Positions 17,292 to 27,676 are shown, numbered from the stretch's first letter. The stretch is DNA of 45,810 nt from a virus (IMGVR_UViG_3300033232_000051:1-45810), one strand, 5' to 3'. The notes: generated by a model from the sequence alone, not told the origin. Numbers and translations: made by a program.

Positions 17292-18308
17292 TTATAATTC
17301 CTTAACCCAGAACCCCTTTATTGTTGGTGAAAAAGCGTCAAATGTCGCTCCAGATGGGATTAAACTCACTATTAATTTTGTCGGTTCGCTTGTAAATGGT
17401 GTAAATTGACTTACGCTTGGAGCATTTCCACAATCTAACCACCCACTATCTTCTGTCGCATTAGTCAATTTATATTTAATAACACTATTAGTTTTGAAAT
17501 TATTAATAAATGGAACACCAATAACAGAACTACAAGTCCCTGATAGTTTTCCCGTTGGAATATTATGAGTTATTATCTTAGAAGCCCCAACATTACCATA
17601 TTTAAGTTCATATACATAATGAATGTGCCACATGGTTGTGGTAACACCATTTGTATACATAACAATTCTTATACCTTCAACAGTATCATCAACAGTGAAA
17701 TAAAATTCCTTTATGTTATGTCTTCCATAATTATCATAAGCATTAACTGTTTTAATTGTTGTCCAAGTTGATGATTTATATGTCTGAATATAATATGTCC
17801 CATAAGCATCCCCAGATGTCCACACACGAGCCTTAACAAATCCCACACCAATATATTTGCTTGCAAATGTCTTCCCCAAAGATGACTGATAAGGTTGTAC
17901 ATAAGGACCAGCATGTTCGGCATATGTTGCTAAATCATCGTCAAAAGCGTTCTCTGGGGTTGTATATGTGTTTGGGTTGTGTGTTGTGTCTCCCGTAATA
18001 GAAATAAAACCTGAACAATAAGAATCTGTTATAAAAGGTGCAGTTGTATTAGCAGTATCTACACTATTTTCTCGACCATTTGCGTTAATGTAAGCGTCTC
18101 CCCAACCATCAATATTTCCTGCACTCCAGACACCTACTCGGTCTATAAGACTCCGAATCGTGTTAAGACCATTAATTGCAAGACTTGATATTGTAAGACT
18201 TGCACCTGCACTAAAAGTATCGTTCAAGTCTGTTGGTTTAACCCTCGCAGTCGGTGTGCTCCAATCGGTCCCACCTAATGAAGTATTCTTTATACTCATA
18301 TTAATCAT
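17292..18308 (-). CDS. Putative tail fibre/receptor-binding protein
   Basis: Follows the baseplate genes; T/S/G/Y-rich; discoidin-like PENAFDDDLATY motif; AT-richer than neighbouring genes. Confidence 0.65.
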   Translation of the reverse strand: MINMSIKNTSLGGTDWSTPTARVKPTDLNDTFSAGASLTISSLAINGLNTIRSLIDRVGVWSAGNIDGWGDAYINANGRENSVDTANTTAPFITDSYCSGFISITGDTTHNPNTYTTPENAFDDDLATYAEHAGPYVQPYQSSLGKTFASKYIGVGFVKARVWTSGDAYGTYYIQTYKSSTWTTIKTVNAYDNYGRHNIKEFYFTVDDTVEGIRIVMYTNGVTTTMWHIHYVYELKYGNVGASKIITHNIPTGKLSGTCSSVIGVPFINNFKTNSVIKYKLTNATEDSGWLDCGNAPSVSQFTPFTSEPTKLIVSLIPSGATFDAFSPTIKGFWVKEL

Positions 18309-18380
18309 CTCTTTATTTCATTATATATATATATGTGTGAAATTACCCACCAATCTTTTATCCACCACAAAAAAAAAAAC

Positions 18381-18755
18381 CTAAACATTTGTTACAGTTA
18401 TGGTTGTTCGAAGCCCGATAGATAACTCTTTTGACACATCTTTTGCGACTGCTGTTGACAATAATATTCTGTTGAACATATTTCCTGCACTTACTGCGTC
18501 AAACAATCCAACCTCTGCAATCGTTGAGCCGTTCCCCTCAGTCAGACCCAATGTTGATGAGAAGTCATAAGTTCCCGAACCTATGTTTTTTATTGCAACC
18601 TCGTCAAATATCTTTCGGATGATTGAAGTTTCAAGGTCAGTATCTGATATAACAGGCGTTGTAGTTCCTGTTCCGAAACCTATATGTGTCCCAGTATCAA
18701 ACTCACCCAGGCTTGCCATCTTAATCGCTGTCAATATCGCACTTGTTACTACCAT
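18381..18755 (-). CDS. Baseplate/tail-fibre attachment protein
   Basis: HIGFGTGTTTPVISDTDL ... IAEVGLFDA..GNMFNR motif typical of tail-collar proteins. Confidence 0.75.
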   Translation of the reverse strand: MVVTSAILTAIKMASLGEFDTGTHIGFGTGTTTPVISDTDLETSIIRKIFDEVAIKNIGSGTYDFSSTLGLTEGNGSTIAEVGLFDAVSAGNMFNRILLSTAVAKDVSKELSIGLRTTITVTNV

Positions 18756-18767
18756 ATATAATCAACC

Positions 18768-20162
18768 CTATACCAAATAATCTGTTGTAAGCCCCGCTGG
18801 AATTGCACCATCATCGTAAGCAAGAGCGAAATCTTCATCTGCTCCTGTGTCTGAAATTAAATCTCCGTCAGTCGCAAGTGTGGTCTCAGATGCGAATAAT
18901 ATAGTTCCGTTATTTGTAACAGTTTGAAATTTTACAAAATCTATATTAACATTAACATTAACAGTAGTGTTCAGAAAATCATATACAGTTATGTATTCGG
19001 CGTTAGAGTTGGTATCTTCAAGTTGTTTAATTCGGTCTATGGTTTCCTTCTGCCAATCGAACAAATCCTCATCAGTCTCGCCAATATCAAGTATAAGTTT
19101 CTTAGGTAACTCCAGAATAACCTCTTGTATCTTATATAACCCAGTCTTATTGTTCTTCTCGTCAGTTACATATATCATATCATCTACATTATACAACCCA
19201 ATCTCAGAACTGTTTTTAATCCATTTCGCACTCTGAGAACCATCCTCAAACCGTGTCTTATATTCAATAGCCAACTTACGAGCTTCAAGCTTGGATTCTA
19301 TATATTTCTTCTCGAGCATTACAGTCTTCCCAGACCCTAACTCAACCCTAACCTGTGATTTGTATGTATATGACACGACTGGGTCGGTCTTGCTCGCGTT
19401 AAACGTGATACTTTTGTCTTGAATATTAACCGTATAATCCCCAGATATGTTTTCTGTTGTTTGTGTTAGTCCTGTAATCTCAACATTTTCGGGCGTGTAT
19501 GCTGTATGAAAATATGTTCCAGTTCCAGTCAATGTTTCGGTGGTTCTCTGGTCTATGACTGCACCCAATACTATAACCCTCTCAGACTTAAGCGCAATGT
19601 CGGTGTTCCAACCACCATCTAATTGGTCTTGTCCATACACTAAACTTCTTGTGCATGTCGTTCCTGCACTTAAACCCATATTGAAATTCTTAGACAGGTC
19701 TACAGTATATGTCCCACCGAATAACTCAAGTATCTGTGTCACAGCGTCAATCAACCAGGCATCTTTAAATACTATTTTTGATATGGTTATCCCAGTAACA
19801 ATGGTGCTCACATAAGTAAGACCTGTATATGTTGTGATAATGTTTTCAATGATCGCCTCTGGAGATACACCCTCGTATACATCGCTGAACCGTTCTTGAC
19901 CCAGTTCAACACTATAATCACCAACCTCAATTGTCTGAACTCCAGTATTATCAGTTATCTTCTGAATATACCCACCGAAGATTTGAACATTATCAAGGTC
20001 GTAATATAAAACCTCGTCGTTAAGCCCAGGTGTTGTGGTTTGTAAAACAGTAAATTTAAGCACGTTAGGTTTTCTTGAATCCTTCTTCTGAATCTTGGCA
20101 CCCCAACTAAGTGACTGGTCTACGTCTAATGTCCCACCCAGTCTATATTTAAGTGTAACCAT
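18768..20162 (-). CDS. Baseplate hub/tail tip protein
   Basis: IFGGYIQKI, PEAIIENII; lies after the TMP and Dit-like genes. Confidence 0.7.
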   Translation of the reverse strand: MVTLKYRLGGTLDVDQSLSWGAKIQKKDSRKPNVLKFTVLQTTTPGLNDEVLYYDLDNVQIFGGYIQKITDNTGVQTIEVGDYSVELGQERFSDVYEGVSPEAIIENIITTYTGLTYVSTIVTGITISKIVFKDAWLIDAVTQILELFGGTYTVDLSKNFNMGLSAGTTCTRSLVYGQDQLDGGWNTDIALKSERVIVLGAVIDQRTTETLTGTGTYFHTAYTPENVEITGLTQTTENISGDYTVNIQDKSITFNASKTDPVVSYTYKSQVRVELGSGKTVMLEKKYIESKLEARKLAIEYKTRFEDGSQSAKWIKNSSEIGLYNVDDMIYVTDEKNNKTGLYKIQEVILELPKKLILDIGETDEDLFDWQKETIDRIKQLEDTNSNAEYITVYDFLNTTVNVNVNIDFVKFQTVTNNGTILFASETTLATDGDLISDTGADEDFALAYDDGAIPAGLTTDYLV

Positions 20163-20608
20163 TACTGTGAACCTCCGCCGACTGAGAATGATATGTCGCC
20201 ACCTAGTGAGTTAGGTTTGTCTGCATTGAAATCTAGTCTGAACCCATCAAGTAACCCAACAATGTTAGATATGTTTGCAGCGCTCGAAGTTATACTTACC
20301 GTATATAAATCTTCAAGACCATCGGTTATTAGTGTGTTCAGTAGATATGTAACCTTTTCTTGAACAGTTTTGACTGTGCTTGTATGTGTACCATTTGAAG
20401 CATCACCGACCGTGAGTCGCAACATGAAAGGTATGCTTAAATTTTTTTCTCTTCCCAGGTTAATCACTATTGCTTTCTCCGCTGGTTGGTCTGGTAGGCT
20501 TTGTTTCAGTATTTTGGATGTCATGTTATATGTTGTGGTCTTACATTCCGCCTCTTGAAGTCTGAACACTTTACTGTTTTTGTTAGTTATTTCAATACTG
20601 TACACCAT
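20162..20608 (-). CDS. Distal tail (Dit-like) protein
   Basis: Immediately after the tape measure gene; size and beta content fit. Confidence 0.6.
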   Translation of the reverse strand: MVYSIEITNKNSKVFRLQEAECKTTTYNMTSKILKQSLPDQPAEKAIVINLGREKNLSIPFMLRLTVGDASNGTHTSTVKTVQEKVTYLLNTLITDGLEDLYTVSITSSAANISNIVGLLDGFRLDFNADKPNSLGGDISFSVGGGSQ

Positions 20609-21735
20609 CAGAACCCACCGCCCATGTTAACTTCTCGTAAAATAACCTTACCAATGTCTCTTGCGACATCATCTGTAATCAATCCACCGTTTATGGTCAC
20701 GGTAATATTTGCAGGCCCACCTGAACCACCACCCAGTGCTCCGGGGTTTTTAGTTGCGATGATATAATCAGCTGGATTAGTTCGTATAATATCACCATTT
20801 GGTGTGATTATGGCATCATTTACTTTGGAACTTCCACCACCACCACCGAAGCCAATTAAAGACTTAATCTTGTCACTTATCCAATTTCCTATATTTGAAA
20901 GAACAGACATTGAAGATATAAAAATTGATTTAAATGTGTCATATATCCAAGTGCCCAAACTCTTAAGACCTTCCCAAGAAGTTTCTAAGATACTAGTTAT
21001 ACTATCATATATCCAAGTGCCCAAACTCTTAAGACCTTCCCAAGATTTTGTGAGCATATCAAGGAAACCATTCCATATTGCTCCTAGGAAATTAACAACA
21101 TCTACAAGAACTGCTCCTAAACGATTAGTGAAATTTACCCATTTTTCAATTAAAAAAATTATAAATTTGTTTAAAGATTCAGAAAACCACACAACAAATT
21201 TCATAAATTCTTGTGATAAATATGCAAGAACCAAACCTAAGACTGCTACCAATCCAATTATTGTAGCAGTTCCAGCCCCTGCAAGTAAAGTCGGAAAAGC
21301 CAAAAACACACCAATAATCAATAAAATAGCTAGTGCAAGTCCAGAAATCAAAGATACAAAGACACCGAAAGGACTAACATCAATTTTCCCAGTCTCATCT
21401 CTACCGGCAGTTCCCTTAACTGATTCACTTCCACCCAACATTTTGTTTAAAAATTTGTATAATAATAATCCAACCTTAATAAACAAAATTAAGAAAGGTT
21501 TCAAAATAGGAAAAAGAGCCATAATAAGTAGGGAAGCAATAGCAGATAGTGGGTCAAATAACATCTTAACGCTTGACAAAAGAGAACCCAGGAGTGACCC
21601 TATAAGTCCGCCAGAGAATGCACCACCGCCAGACTTAACTTTATCGTCCTTACCCTTAGAGCCTCGGCTGAATGCTTTTCCAGCCTTAAGCGCCTCGCCA
21701 CTATCAAGGCCTATCTTCCAAATCATCTCAGCCAT
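20608..21735 (-). CDS. Tape measure protein (short, 375 aa)
   Basis: Hydrophobic helices, Trp/Phe periodicity, 22-aa repeat SWEGLKSLGTWIYD; follows the tail chaperones. Confidence 0.8.
   Translation of the reverse strand: MAEMIWKIGLDSGEALKAGKAFSRGSKGKDDKVKSGGGAFSGGLIGSLLGSLLSSVKMLFDPLSAIASLLIMALFPILKPFLILFIKVGLLLYKFLNKMLGGSESVKGTAGRDETGKIDVSPFGVFVSLISGLALAILLIIGVFLAFPTLLAGAGTATIIGLVAVLGLVLAYLSQEFMKFVVWFSESLNKFIIFLIEKWVNFTNRLGAVLVDVVNFLGAIWNGFLDMLTKSWEGLKSLGTWIYDSITSILETSWEGLKSLGTWIYDTFKSIFISSMSVLSNIGNWISDKIKSLIGFGGGGGSSKVNDAIITPNGDIIRTNPADYIIATKNPGALGGGSGGPANITVTINGGLITDDVARDIGKVILREVNMGGGF
20939..21045. repeat. 41-bp exact duplication with 66-bp period inside the TMP gene
   Basis: TCATATATCCAAGTGCCCAAACTCTTAAGACCTTCCCAAGA at 20939 and 21005. 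Confidence 0.9.
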
Positions 21736-21754
21736 ATTGTTGTACCTTTATATT

Positions 21755-21994
21755 TTATTTCGAGCCCAGCATCCTACCCAGCGCCTTAAATCGTTCTTCC
21801 TCTTCAATCGCTCTTCGTCGCATACCATAATATTCTATACCGTTTACAATGTCAACGTCCACATCATCCAGGCCGATATTAAACCCCAATAATAACAGAT
21901 TGGAATATTTCATCACTTGTTGTGCCTGTGGAGTAATCTTAGTTATTGTCTTGGGAGTCTTGAGTATTGCTCGCAACTCCCTGTTCAGTTTGGG
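21755..21994 (-). CDS. Tail assembly chaperone C-terminal extension (gpT-like), reached by -1 frameshift
   Basis: The -1 frame is open from the slippery site through ORF 21755..21976. Confidence 0.7.
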   Translation of the reverse strand, partial: PKLNRELRAILKTPKTITKITPQAQQVMKYSNLLLLGFNIGLDDVDVDIVNGIEYYGMRRRAIEEEERFKALGRMLGSK

Positions 21995-22293
21995 TCTCCA
22001 GCTCCACCCAGGCTACCCATGACATCCTTTTCAAAATACTTTTTATATATTCTTGTTGCGTCAGCACCCTCAAGTTTGTCAAGATCTATCCCCTTGACAG
22101 TCTCCAGGCACGTTTCAATCATACCCAGGACGTCAATGTCCCCTCGGATGGATACGCTCCCATCCTTACCGAAACTTAAATCATTAATCGGGATGTGTTT
22201 CTTAGCAACCTGGTTGGCTCTCCTGAACCCCAGCCTGGACACTTCAACATCAACAGTCGTTCCGTCTATGTATTTAACTATCTCTTTCACCAT
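21985..22293 (-). CDS. Tail assembly chaperone (gpG-like)
   Basis: Between tail tube and TMP; ends GAC CCA AAC TGA. Confidence 0.75.
   Translation of the reverse strand: MVKEIVKYIDGTTVDVEVSRLGFRRANQVAKKHIPINDLSFGKDGSVSIRGDIDVLGMIETCLETVKGIDLDKLEGADATRIYKKYFEKDVMGSLGGAGDPN
21988..21994 (-). other. -1 ribosomal slippery heptamer C CCA AAC
   Basis: X XXY YYZ pattern in the correct frame immediately before the stop codon. Confidence 0.75.
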
Positions 22294-23198
22294 TATAAAT
22301 CACCAACCACAGTAACATCCAGAGCCTCATAATCGTAGGATATTGCCTTTTTTGTGGTATCCATAGTCATATCCATAGACCTTGCGAAACTTCTAGTATT
22401 TGCAAGTGTGAATATATGTGAGTTGTCTGTTCCCCTAGACATAGTAACTGTTATCGCTTCATCAGCTCTATCTTCCGTATATCCAAACTCTTGAGTGTCG
22501 TTCACTTCAACCTCGTATGAACCATTTATATCAAGTCTGTGCCGTAATACAGTTGTGATAAGTCTGCGACTTCCAGCACCAACTGCTTCAATACCTCTAC
22601 CCTCATTATCGGTCACGTTCCAGTTACCAGACAAATTGAAACTGTTTAGTACAGATGGAACTTCACCAATCGTAATTGATGTGTCAAGCCAGGACATAGG
22701 AGTGCCCGTGTTTGTAGTCACACTTAACGTTTCTGTTACTTTTGACATTTTTTTTGCAATACAATTAAGTGTCATACTGATACTTTCATCCTTAGATGCG
22801 CTTATATCAAAATCTTTAACAACCAGACCGTTTAAAAGCCCAATCTTAGTCCCTTGATAGAAGAATTTTAGGGATAATGATTGTATTGTTGGGTCACTTG
22901 TGACCGTATAATCCACGGCATCATCCCTTGCTCCAAGTGCTAGTTTAAGTAAGACAGGTAAACTTGCCTTACTTACTTTAGTCTCAATCGTGACATTAGC
23001 CCAATATAAACCGTCCTCAAACATTGCATTTAAATGCCCAGCGTTTAAACTGGTTAACTTTTCTGTATTGTCTTCTTCCTTAACAGTTATTTTTTGAATG
23101 TGACCTAAGTCAACAGCTGTAAAAGGAGTTGGACTTGTTCCATAAGCAGTCTCTATTGCCCCAATATATTTATTACCTACATTACTAATACATACCAT
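22293..23198 (-). CDS. Major tail tube protein
   Basis: IETAYGTSP N-terminal motif; beta-rich, about 300 aa; position; no sheath gene present (siphovirus-like). Confidence 0.8.
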   Translation of the reverse strand: MVCISNVGNKYIGAIETAYGTSPTPFTAVDLGHIQKITVKEEDNTEKLTSLNAGHLNAMFEDGLYWANVTIETKVSKASLPVLLKLALGARDDAVDYTVTSDPTIQSLSLKFFYQGTKIGLLNGLVVKDFDISASKDESISMTLNCIAKKMSKVTETLSVTTNTGTPMSWLDTSITIGEVPSVLNSFNLSGNWNVTDNEGRGIEAVGAGSRRLITTVLRHRLDINGSYEVEVNDTQEFGYTEDRADEAITVTMSRGTDNSHIFTLANTRSFARSMDMTMDTTKKAISYDYEALDVTVVGDL

Positions 23199-23218
23199 AC
23201 AATCACCCTATATTATTA

Positions 23219-23692
23219 TTATGCTGTCATGCTCCGACAGTAATCTATCAACCTTACTTTTATAACATATCTAAAAATACCCCGGAAACCATTTGATAAA
23301 TCTGTTATTTCTATGTTTGGGTCTATCACATCAAAGTTAGCGTCTGGATTGACAATCTTGGTCGCCAGGACACGTCTAACCTCAACCAACACCTTGCGAG
23401 CGTGTGTGTCTACAATCTTGGTGGCCTGGGTGGTATTGCTCGGTTTGACCCGAATATCAATCTTGACAATTTCTGTAATCTGAGAGTTTGAATTTTGTCC
23501 GATACCCACAGACCCCTGGGTCGTGAGCTCGGAATATACGTAAATATAATCCTGACCAGGCGCTGGTTCTTTATCGGTCGGTTTGGTGTATATCTTAGCA
23601 ATGGTTGGTGTTATAGAATCAGCGTTTGTTTTAGTATAATTAGAACTAAGTAATGTTACAATGTTATCCAGGACATTTATATCTGTTACCAT
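23219..23692 (-). CDS. Tail terminator/completion protein (likely start MVTD at 23692)
   Basis: Precedes the tail tube gene; PGQDYIYVY..VKIDIRV pattern. Confidence 0.6.
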   Translation of the reverse strand: MVTDINVLDNIVTLLSSNYTKTNADSITPTIAKIYTKPTDKEPAPGQDYIYVYSELTTQGSVGIGQNSNSQITEIVKIDIRVKPSNTTQATKIVDTHARKVLVEVRRVLATKIVNPDANFDVIDPNIEITDLSNGFRGIFRYVIKVRLIDYCRSMTA

Positions 23693-23745
23693 ACTTATCA
23701 ATCTCGCAAAACCAATCAAGGTCTTAAACATACATACAAATGCGA

Positions 23746-24360
23746 CTATTGAAATTCTGTATTATTATCTAATATATTTTTAATTTCATCTTTCCATAAA
23801 TTCTTTGTAGAATCCCAGTTAGGTTTGGACTCACCAACTTGCGTAAATAGTACCGTGCTGAACTCTGGGCTGTTAAGTATTTTGAGTGCAACCATCATAG
23901 TGGCACAATCTTCAACACCACCAGATACCGTAGTCTCACCGAACACATAAGTCACTCTGACACCGTGTGGGTATAATCGCCGTACACCATTTAAAAATAT
24001 AACACCGTTCTGTTTGTCCACCCAATAATCATATGCTCGACCCTCAACTTTATCAACCACCCAGTCAACCCACACACCATCCTGCCAAATTTCAATATTG
24101 GTTATGCTCTGGACACTTCGGTGGACTAGGTCAATCCGAATACCTGCACCAGACCGAAAAACTGATGTAGGTCTTGAATATTCCTTGGTTACGGTCTTGG
24201 CTTTCCAGGAATGGCTTGTAGTGCTATCAATCCTATCCTCAGCCCTATTTATGAGCCCCTCTATTACGGTTGCCGTAGGTGTACTGTTGGTATCAAAGTA
24301 ACCATCTGGAAACCCCAGCATGTTCGCTACTTTGTTGGTTGTTGTATAAGTTACTACCAT
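23746..24360 (-). CDS. Head-tail adaptor protein
   Basis: YTTTNKV..INRAEDRIDSTT..VRVTYVFG..VEDCATMMVA (SPP1 gp15/HK97 gp6-like layout). Confidence 0.75.
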   Translation of the reverse strand: MVVTYTTTNKVANMLGFPDGYFDTNSTPTATVIEGLINRAEDRIDSTTSHSWKAKTVTKEYSRPTSVFRSGAGIRIDLVHRSVQSITNIEIWQDGVWVDWVVDKVEGRAYDYWVDKQNGVIFLNGVRRLYPHGVRVTYVFGETTVSGGVEDCATMMVALKILNSPEFSTVLFTQVGESKPNWDSTKNLWKDEIKNILDNNTEFQ

Positions 24361-24382
24361 AAATAAGAATACACCTTTTGTT

Positions 24383-24397
24383 CTTATATATGTAACT
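24383..24397 (-). promoter_or_regulatory. Putative late promoter AGTTACATATATAAG (neck/tail operon)
   Basis: Repeated 15-mer 23 nt upstream of ATG 24360. Confidence 0.75.
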
Positions 24398-24450
24398 GAA
24401 AATTAGAAATAGGTGATGCGCAGAAAACCACACACCACAATTAAAATATA

Positions 24451-24717
24451 TTAATAACCCATTGCTACAAACACACCAGACTTATCTGCTGTCGTTACAA
24501 TAGTTATTGCTCCACCTGCGACTGGGAATGTTTCATTTATAACTGGTTCATTTAGGTCAACTGCTGAACCAGTACCCTGCAATATACAACCTGTGCAGTT
24601 TGTCAGACCAGTTAAGATGTCTCCACCTGTTCCACCTGCGGAACTAGTGTAAGTTCCTGTTACTATCTTTTTATCTCCGAAATATGTTTGTCCTGTTATT
24701 GTATATGTAAATGCCAT
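24451..24717 (-). CDS. Small beta-rich virion protein (possible head decoration)
   Basis: T/G-rich, downstream of MCP; GAGGTGA SD. Confidence 0.6.
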   Translation of the reverse strand: MAFTYTITGQTYFGDKKIVTGTYTSSAGGTGGDILTGLTNCTGCILQGTGSAVDLNEPVINETFPVAGGAITIVTTADKSGVFVAMGY

Positions 24718-24719
24718 AA

Positions 24720-24926
24720 TTAATTCACCTCAATGAAACCTAATTCTTTTTTAAGAAATTCAACTGCTCCGTCCATTTCCTTATCCATACTGAAATAATA
24801 TCCAGATTTAGGAACTGTGACCGCTTCAACACCGTTGATGTAATACACAACTTCATCTGCCGTCTGTTTAGGATTTTTAAGTAACCTAAACTTCTTATCT
24901 TTTATCTTATCTATAATATTACTCAT
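24720..24926 (-). CDS. Hypothetical protein
   Basis: Operon-coupled; GGTGA SD. Confidence 0.6.
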   Translation of the reverse strand: MSNIIDKIKDKKFRLLKNPKQTADEVVYYINGVEAVTVPKSGYYFSMDKEMDGAVEFLKKELGFIEVN

Positions 24927-25138
24927 AATATCACCATTTTTTTTTTTTTTTTGGGTGAATCACCATATTTTAAAAATAATTTTTCAACTACATCATTTCT
25001 ATATGGTAAATGTTTTTTATTTTGTATAGAGTTTATTAAAATATCTCTTGTTGGAAATTGGCTTATTATATCTTTGCTTGTTTTTTTAGATATACCCTTT
25101 GTAGTTTCTAATTCTGTAACAAAATCCATATTAAACAC
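24923..25138 (-). CDS. Helix-hairpin-helix-like small protein
   Basis: ELETTKGISKKTSKDII resembles the HhH consensus. Confidence 0.55.
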   Translation of the reverse strand: MFNMDFVTELETTKGISKKTSKDIISQFPTRDILINSIQNKKHLPYRNDVVEKLFLKYGDSPKKKKKMVIL

Positions 25139-25166
25139 CCAATAAAAAAAAGAAAATAAAAAGACC

Positions 25167-26258
25167 TTATAAAAGGTCTCTTATCTTTCCCTGAGCATTG
25201 AACCTGTTACAGACAAGCTCGCCAGCCATGTAGTACATACCCTCTTTACCTAACTTACCAGCCTCAAAGAAGTTGGAAGTTTCAAAGTATTGTACTGGTT
25301 GTTTAACGCCTATATGTATATATTCTGTGTTTAGGAAGTAAATTCGGCTCTTTGTGTCTTTTGTAACATCTTTATCTCGTATGACAGGAATGCCATCAAA
25401 GGATGCAACTCGTAGACCAACATCGTTCCCTGCCGCTGTCTGAATACCACCATCGCCAACTGATATGTTAACTCGTTCGTTTACATATCGTGTCTGAGTG
25501 TTAACCAGAGCATCTAGGTCTCGTGCAGTGTCAAACCCTGTTATGATAACATTTGGTCTTGCGCCTGAGTTTTCTTCAATAGAATCTATTGCAGTCCTAA
25601 CCAATGCTTCTGTTATAGCTCGGTCTACACCACTTGCATGTGAAACGTAAGCGTCGTAAGCTGTGGATGCACTTCGGTCAAAACCATATATGTCAGCATC
25701 TCCTGCTGTCAATAAAGCTGATTCCTCAGATTGCCCAGAACATACTCGGTCTATGGACTCAATGTTATTTCCTGCGACTGTATCTGCATCACCGTGCAAC
25801 ATTTTGTTTATATGGTTTGCGAACTCTTTCGCCATATATTGTTTTACATGGTCGAAACCGATAGTGTCGTCGTTACCATCATCTAAAAGCTGTTGTCGGT
25901 TTGACATATCAAAAGTCTTACTAACTTCTTTCAATGATATTGCTGCAAGCGCCCAGGTTGGTTTAACTGTTTCTGGAAGTGCTGCATTTTCTGCCACGCC
26001 ACCAGTTCCCAGTGTGCTAGACCTTGCTGTGATAACTCTGAACCCTGTGTTTGCAAGTGGTTTCTTAGGTAGAACGCCCCAAGTTCGTGCCTCGTTATTA
26101 AGTAATTCCCAGACCGCTTCACCGTATACACGGTTATATACACCAGTAGTTGAACTTATCACAGGTGCGTCTGCTTTCATTACAGCCTGTGCGATGTCAC
26201 TATCTATGCTGCCATAATATGCTTCTTTCATATCTTCTATTGTGTTGAATTTAACCAT
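25167..26258 (-). CDS. Major capsid protein (A), HK97 fold
   Basis: Follows the protease; GGVAENAALP, EFANHINKML, FDGIPVIRD, IYFLNTEY; resembles archaeal tailed-virus MCPs. Confidence 0.88.
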   Translation of the reverse strand: MVKFNTIEDMKEAYYGSIDSDIAQAVMKADAPVISSTTGVYNRVYGEAVWELLNNEARTWGVLPKKPLANTGFRVITARSSTLGTGGVAENAALPETVKPTWALAAISLKEVSKTFDMSNRQQLLDDGNDDTIGFDHVKQYMAKEFANHINKMLHGDADTVAGNNIESIDRVCSGQSEESALLTAGDADIYGFDRSASTAYDAYVSHASGVDRAITEALVRTAIDSIEENSGARPNVIITGFDTARDLDALVNTQTRYVNERVNISVGDGGIQTAAGNDVGLRVASFDGIPVIRDKDVTKDTKSRIYFLNTEYIHIGVKQPVQYFETSNFFEAGKLGKEGMYYMAGELVCNRFNAQGKIRDLL

Positions 26259-27233
26259 TTAAATCGCCCTCATTTGACTTCCTAAACTTGCAAAATCTAT
26301 CTTGCCAGACTTAGCCATGTCTTGTAAACTCTTTCTAACATCTGTAATCTTGTTAGTCTTTTTAATCTCAGCCGGTCTTGATGTCATTATTGTTTTTGTG
26401 ACCATTGACTTTTTAAGGTCTGAAATTTCTTTTTTCATAACATCCATTTCAGTTGCTAGTTTTGTGACATCATCATCTGGTTTGTCTTCCTCAGTTGCAT
26501 CGTCTGCCTTTTCTTCTTCCTCAGCGGATGTTTCCACATCTTCGGCTTCTGGGTCTTCGGCTTTCTCTGTCTCAACCACATCCTCGACTGGTGTGTCACC
26601 CTCTGGAGCCCCAGACAACTTTCCCTCAAGCATTGTAATCTTATCAATGATTGAAGTAATCATGTTCTCTAGAGCGGATATTTTAGATTCAACATCTACA
26701 ATTGGTTTGTCTTCCATCATAGGTGTTTCGTCCGCCTTAACTACATTCTTTTTTGCCATAACATTAACCTCGGTAAAGGTTGCTTCTTGATTACCTGTGT
26801 GGTCTACCAGACTGAACTCGTAACCTATCAGGTCTCTCAAATAAGTACCTTCTTTTGTTTTTTCTCTGTTAAATGATTTACCACCTATTGATAAACCCTC
26901 AAATTCTCCTTTCTTGATACCTTCCCAGACCGTGTCATCTTCCGTATAATGTTTGTATATTATACCTGTAATGAGTACCCCTTTTCTACCGTTCTTTTCT
27001 GATCGTTGCCAGTTTAAACCTTTGCCGACATTACGATTTGTGTGCATGAACTGTATAGGCGCTCCTCTATCCATCCAGATATCCATTATTTTATATATTT
27101 CTTCGGCTGGTATAATCTCGTCAGCTCTGTCCAATACCTCAACCGACCCCCAACATTCAAATTTACGCATTTCGTTATCGTTGATTTGGTTGAAACCAAA
27201 GGACTTTAAAAGTATTTTTTCGTCTGCTACCAT
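26259..27233 (-). CDS. Prohead protease with acidic/coiled-coil scaffold tail (A)
   Basis: VLDRADEII, QFMH, EGLSIGG, EFSLVDHTGN; acidic linker. Confidence 0.88.
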   Translation of the reverse strand: MVADEKILLKSFGFNQINDNEMRKFECWGSVEVLDRADEIIPAEEIYKIMDIWMDRGAPIQFMHTNRNVGKGLNWQRSEKNGRKGVLITGIIYKHYTEDDTVWEGIKKGEFEGLSIGGKSFNREKTKEGTYLRDLIGYEFSLVDHTGNQEATFTEVNVMAKKNVVKADETPMMEDKPIVDVESKISALENMITSIIDKITMLEGKLSGAPEGDTPVEDVVETEKAEDPEAEDVETSAEEEEKADDATEEDKPDDDVTKLATEMDVMKKEISDLKKSMVTKTIMTSRPAEIKKTNKITDVRKSLQDMAKSGKIDFASLGSQMRAI

Positions 27234-27234
27234 A

Positions 27235-27654
27235 TCAAATCGCCATAATTTTATTTCTAACCATTTCAACTGCAGGACTTAAAAAAGGTCGTGGTTCTTG
27301 CCCGTTCTTTTTAATGTTCTTTACAATGAAATAAGCTACAGTATTTATGTTTTTTTCTCCTTTTACAAAACCTTTTCTTCTTAGCCAAGCTTTTATGGTT
27401 TCAATAGGAACGTCATCGCCCGGCAACCTCCCAAATTCAATAGTGTCGGCATAAGGCACGGGGTAAACTATGGATTTTTCAAGAAATCCTCTGTTGATGT
27501 TACCGCTCTTAAGCAGAGTCCCCTCGTCAACTATACGTTTACTAATTATAATTTCCTGAGAATTAGCAAATATTTCATCCACAATCTCGTCTAGTTTTTT
27601 ATCTATGAAAGTTAACATTTCTTTATCATTGATGTTAATAGAAAAATCTACCAT
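27235..27654 (-). CDS. HK97 gp10-like neck/tail-completion protein
   Basis: VDEGTLLKS, YADTIEFG, PRPFLSPA. Confidence 0.8.
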   Translation of the reverse strand: MVDFSININDKEMLTFIDKKLDEIVDEIFANSQEIIISKRIVDEGTLLKSGNINRGFLEKSIVYPVPYADTIEFGRLPGDDVPIETIKAWLRRKGFVKGEKNINTVAYFIVKNIKKNGQEPRPFLSPAVEMVRNKIMAI

Positions 27655-27676
27655 ACACTAACCAGTGATGTCTGGA

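Noticed and set aside
20804-21892. 362-aa plus-strand ORF
   Set aside because: Antisense shadow of the hydrophobic tape measure gene; K/I/P-biased with no motifs.
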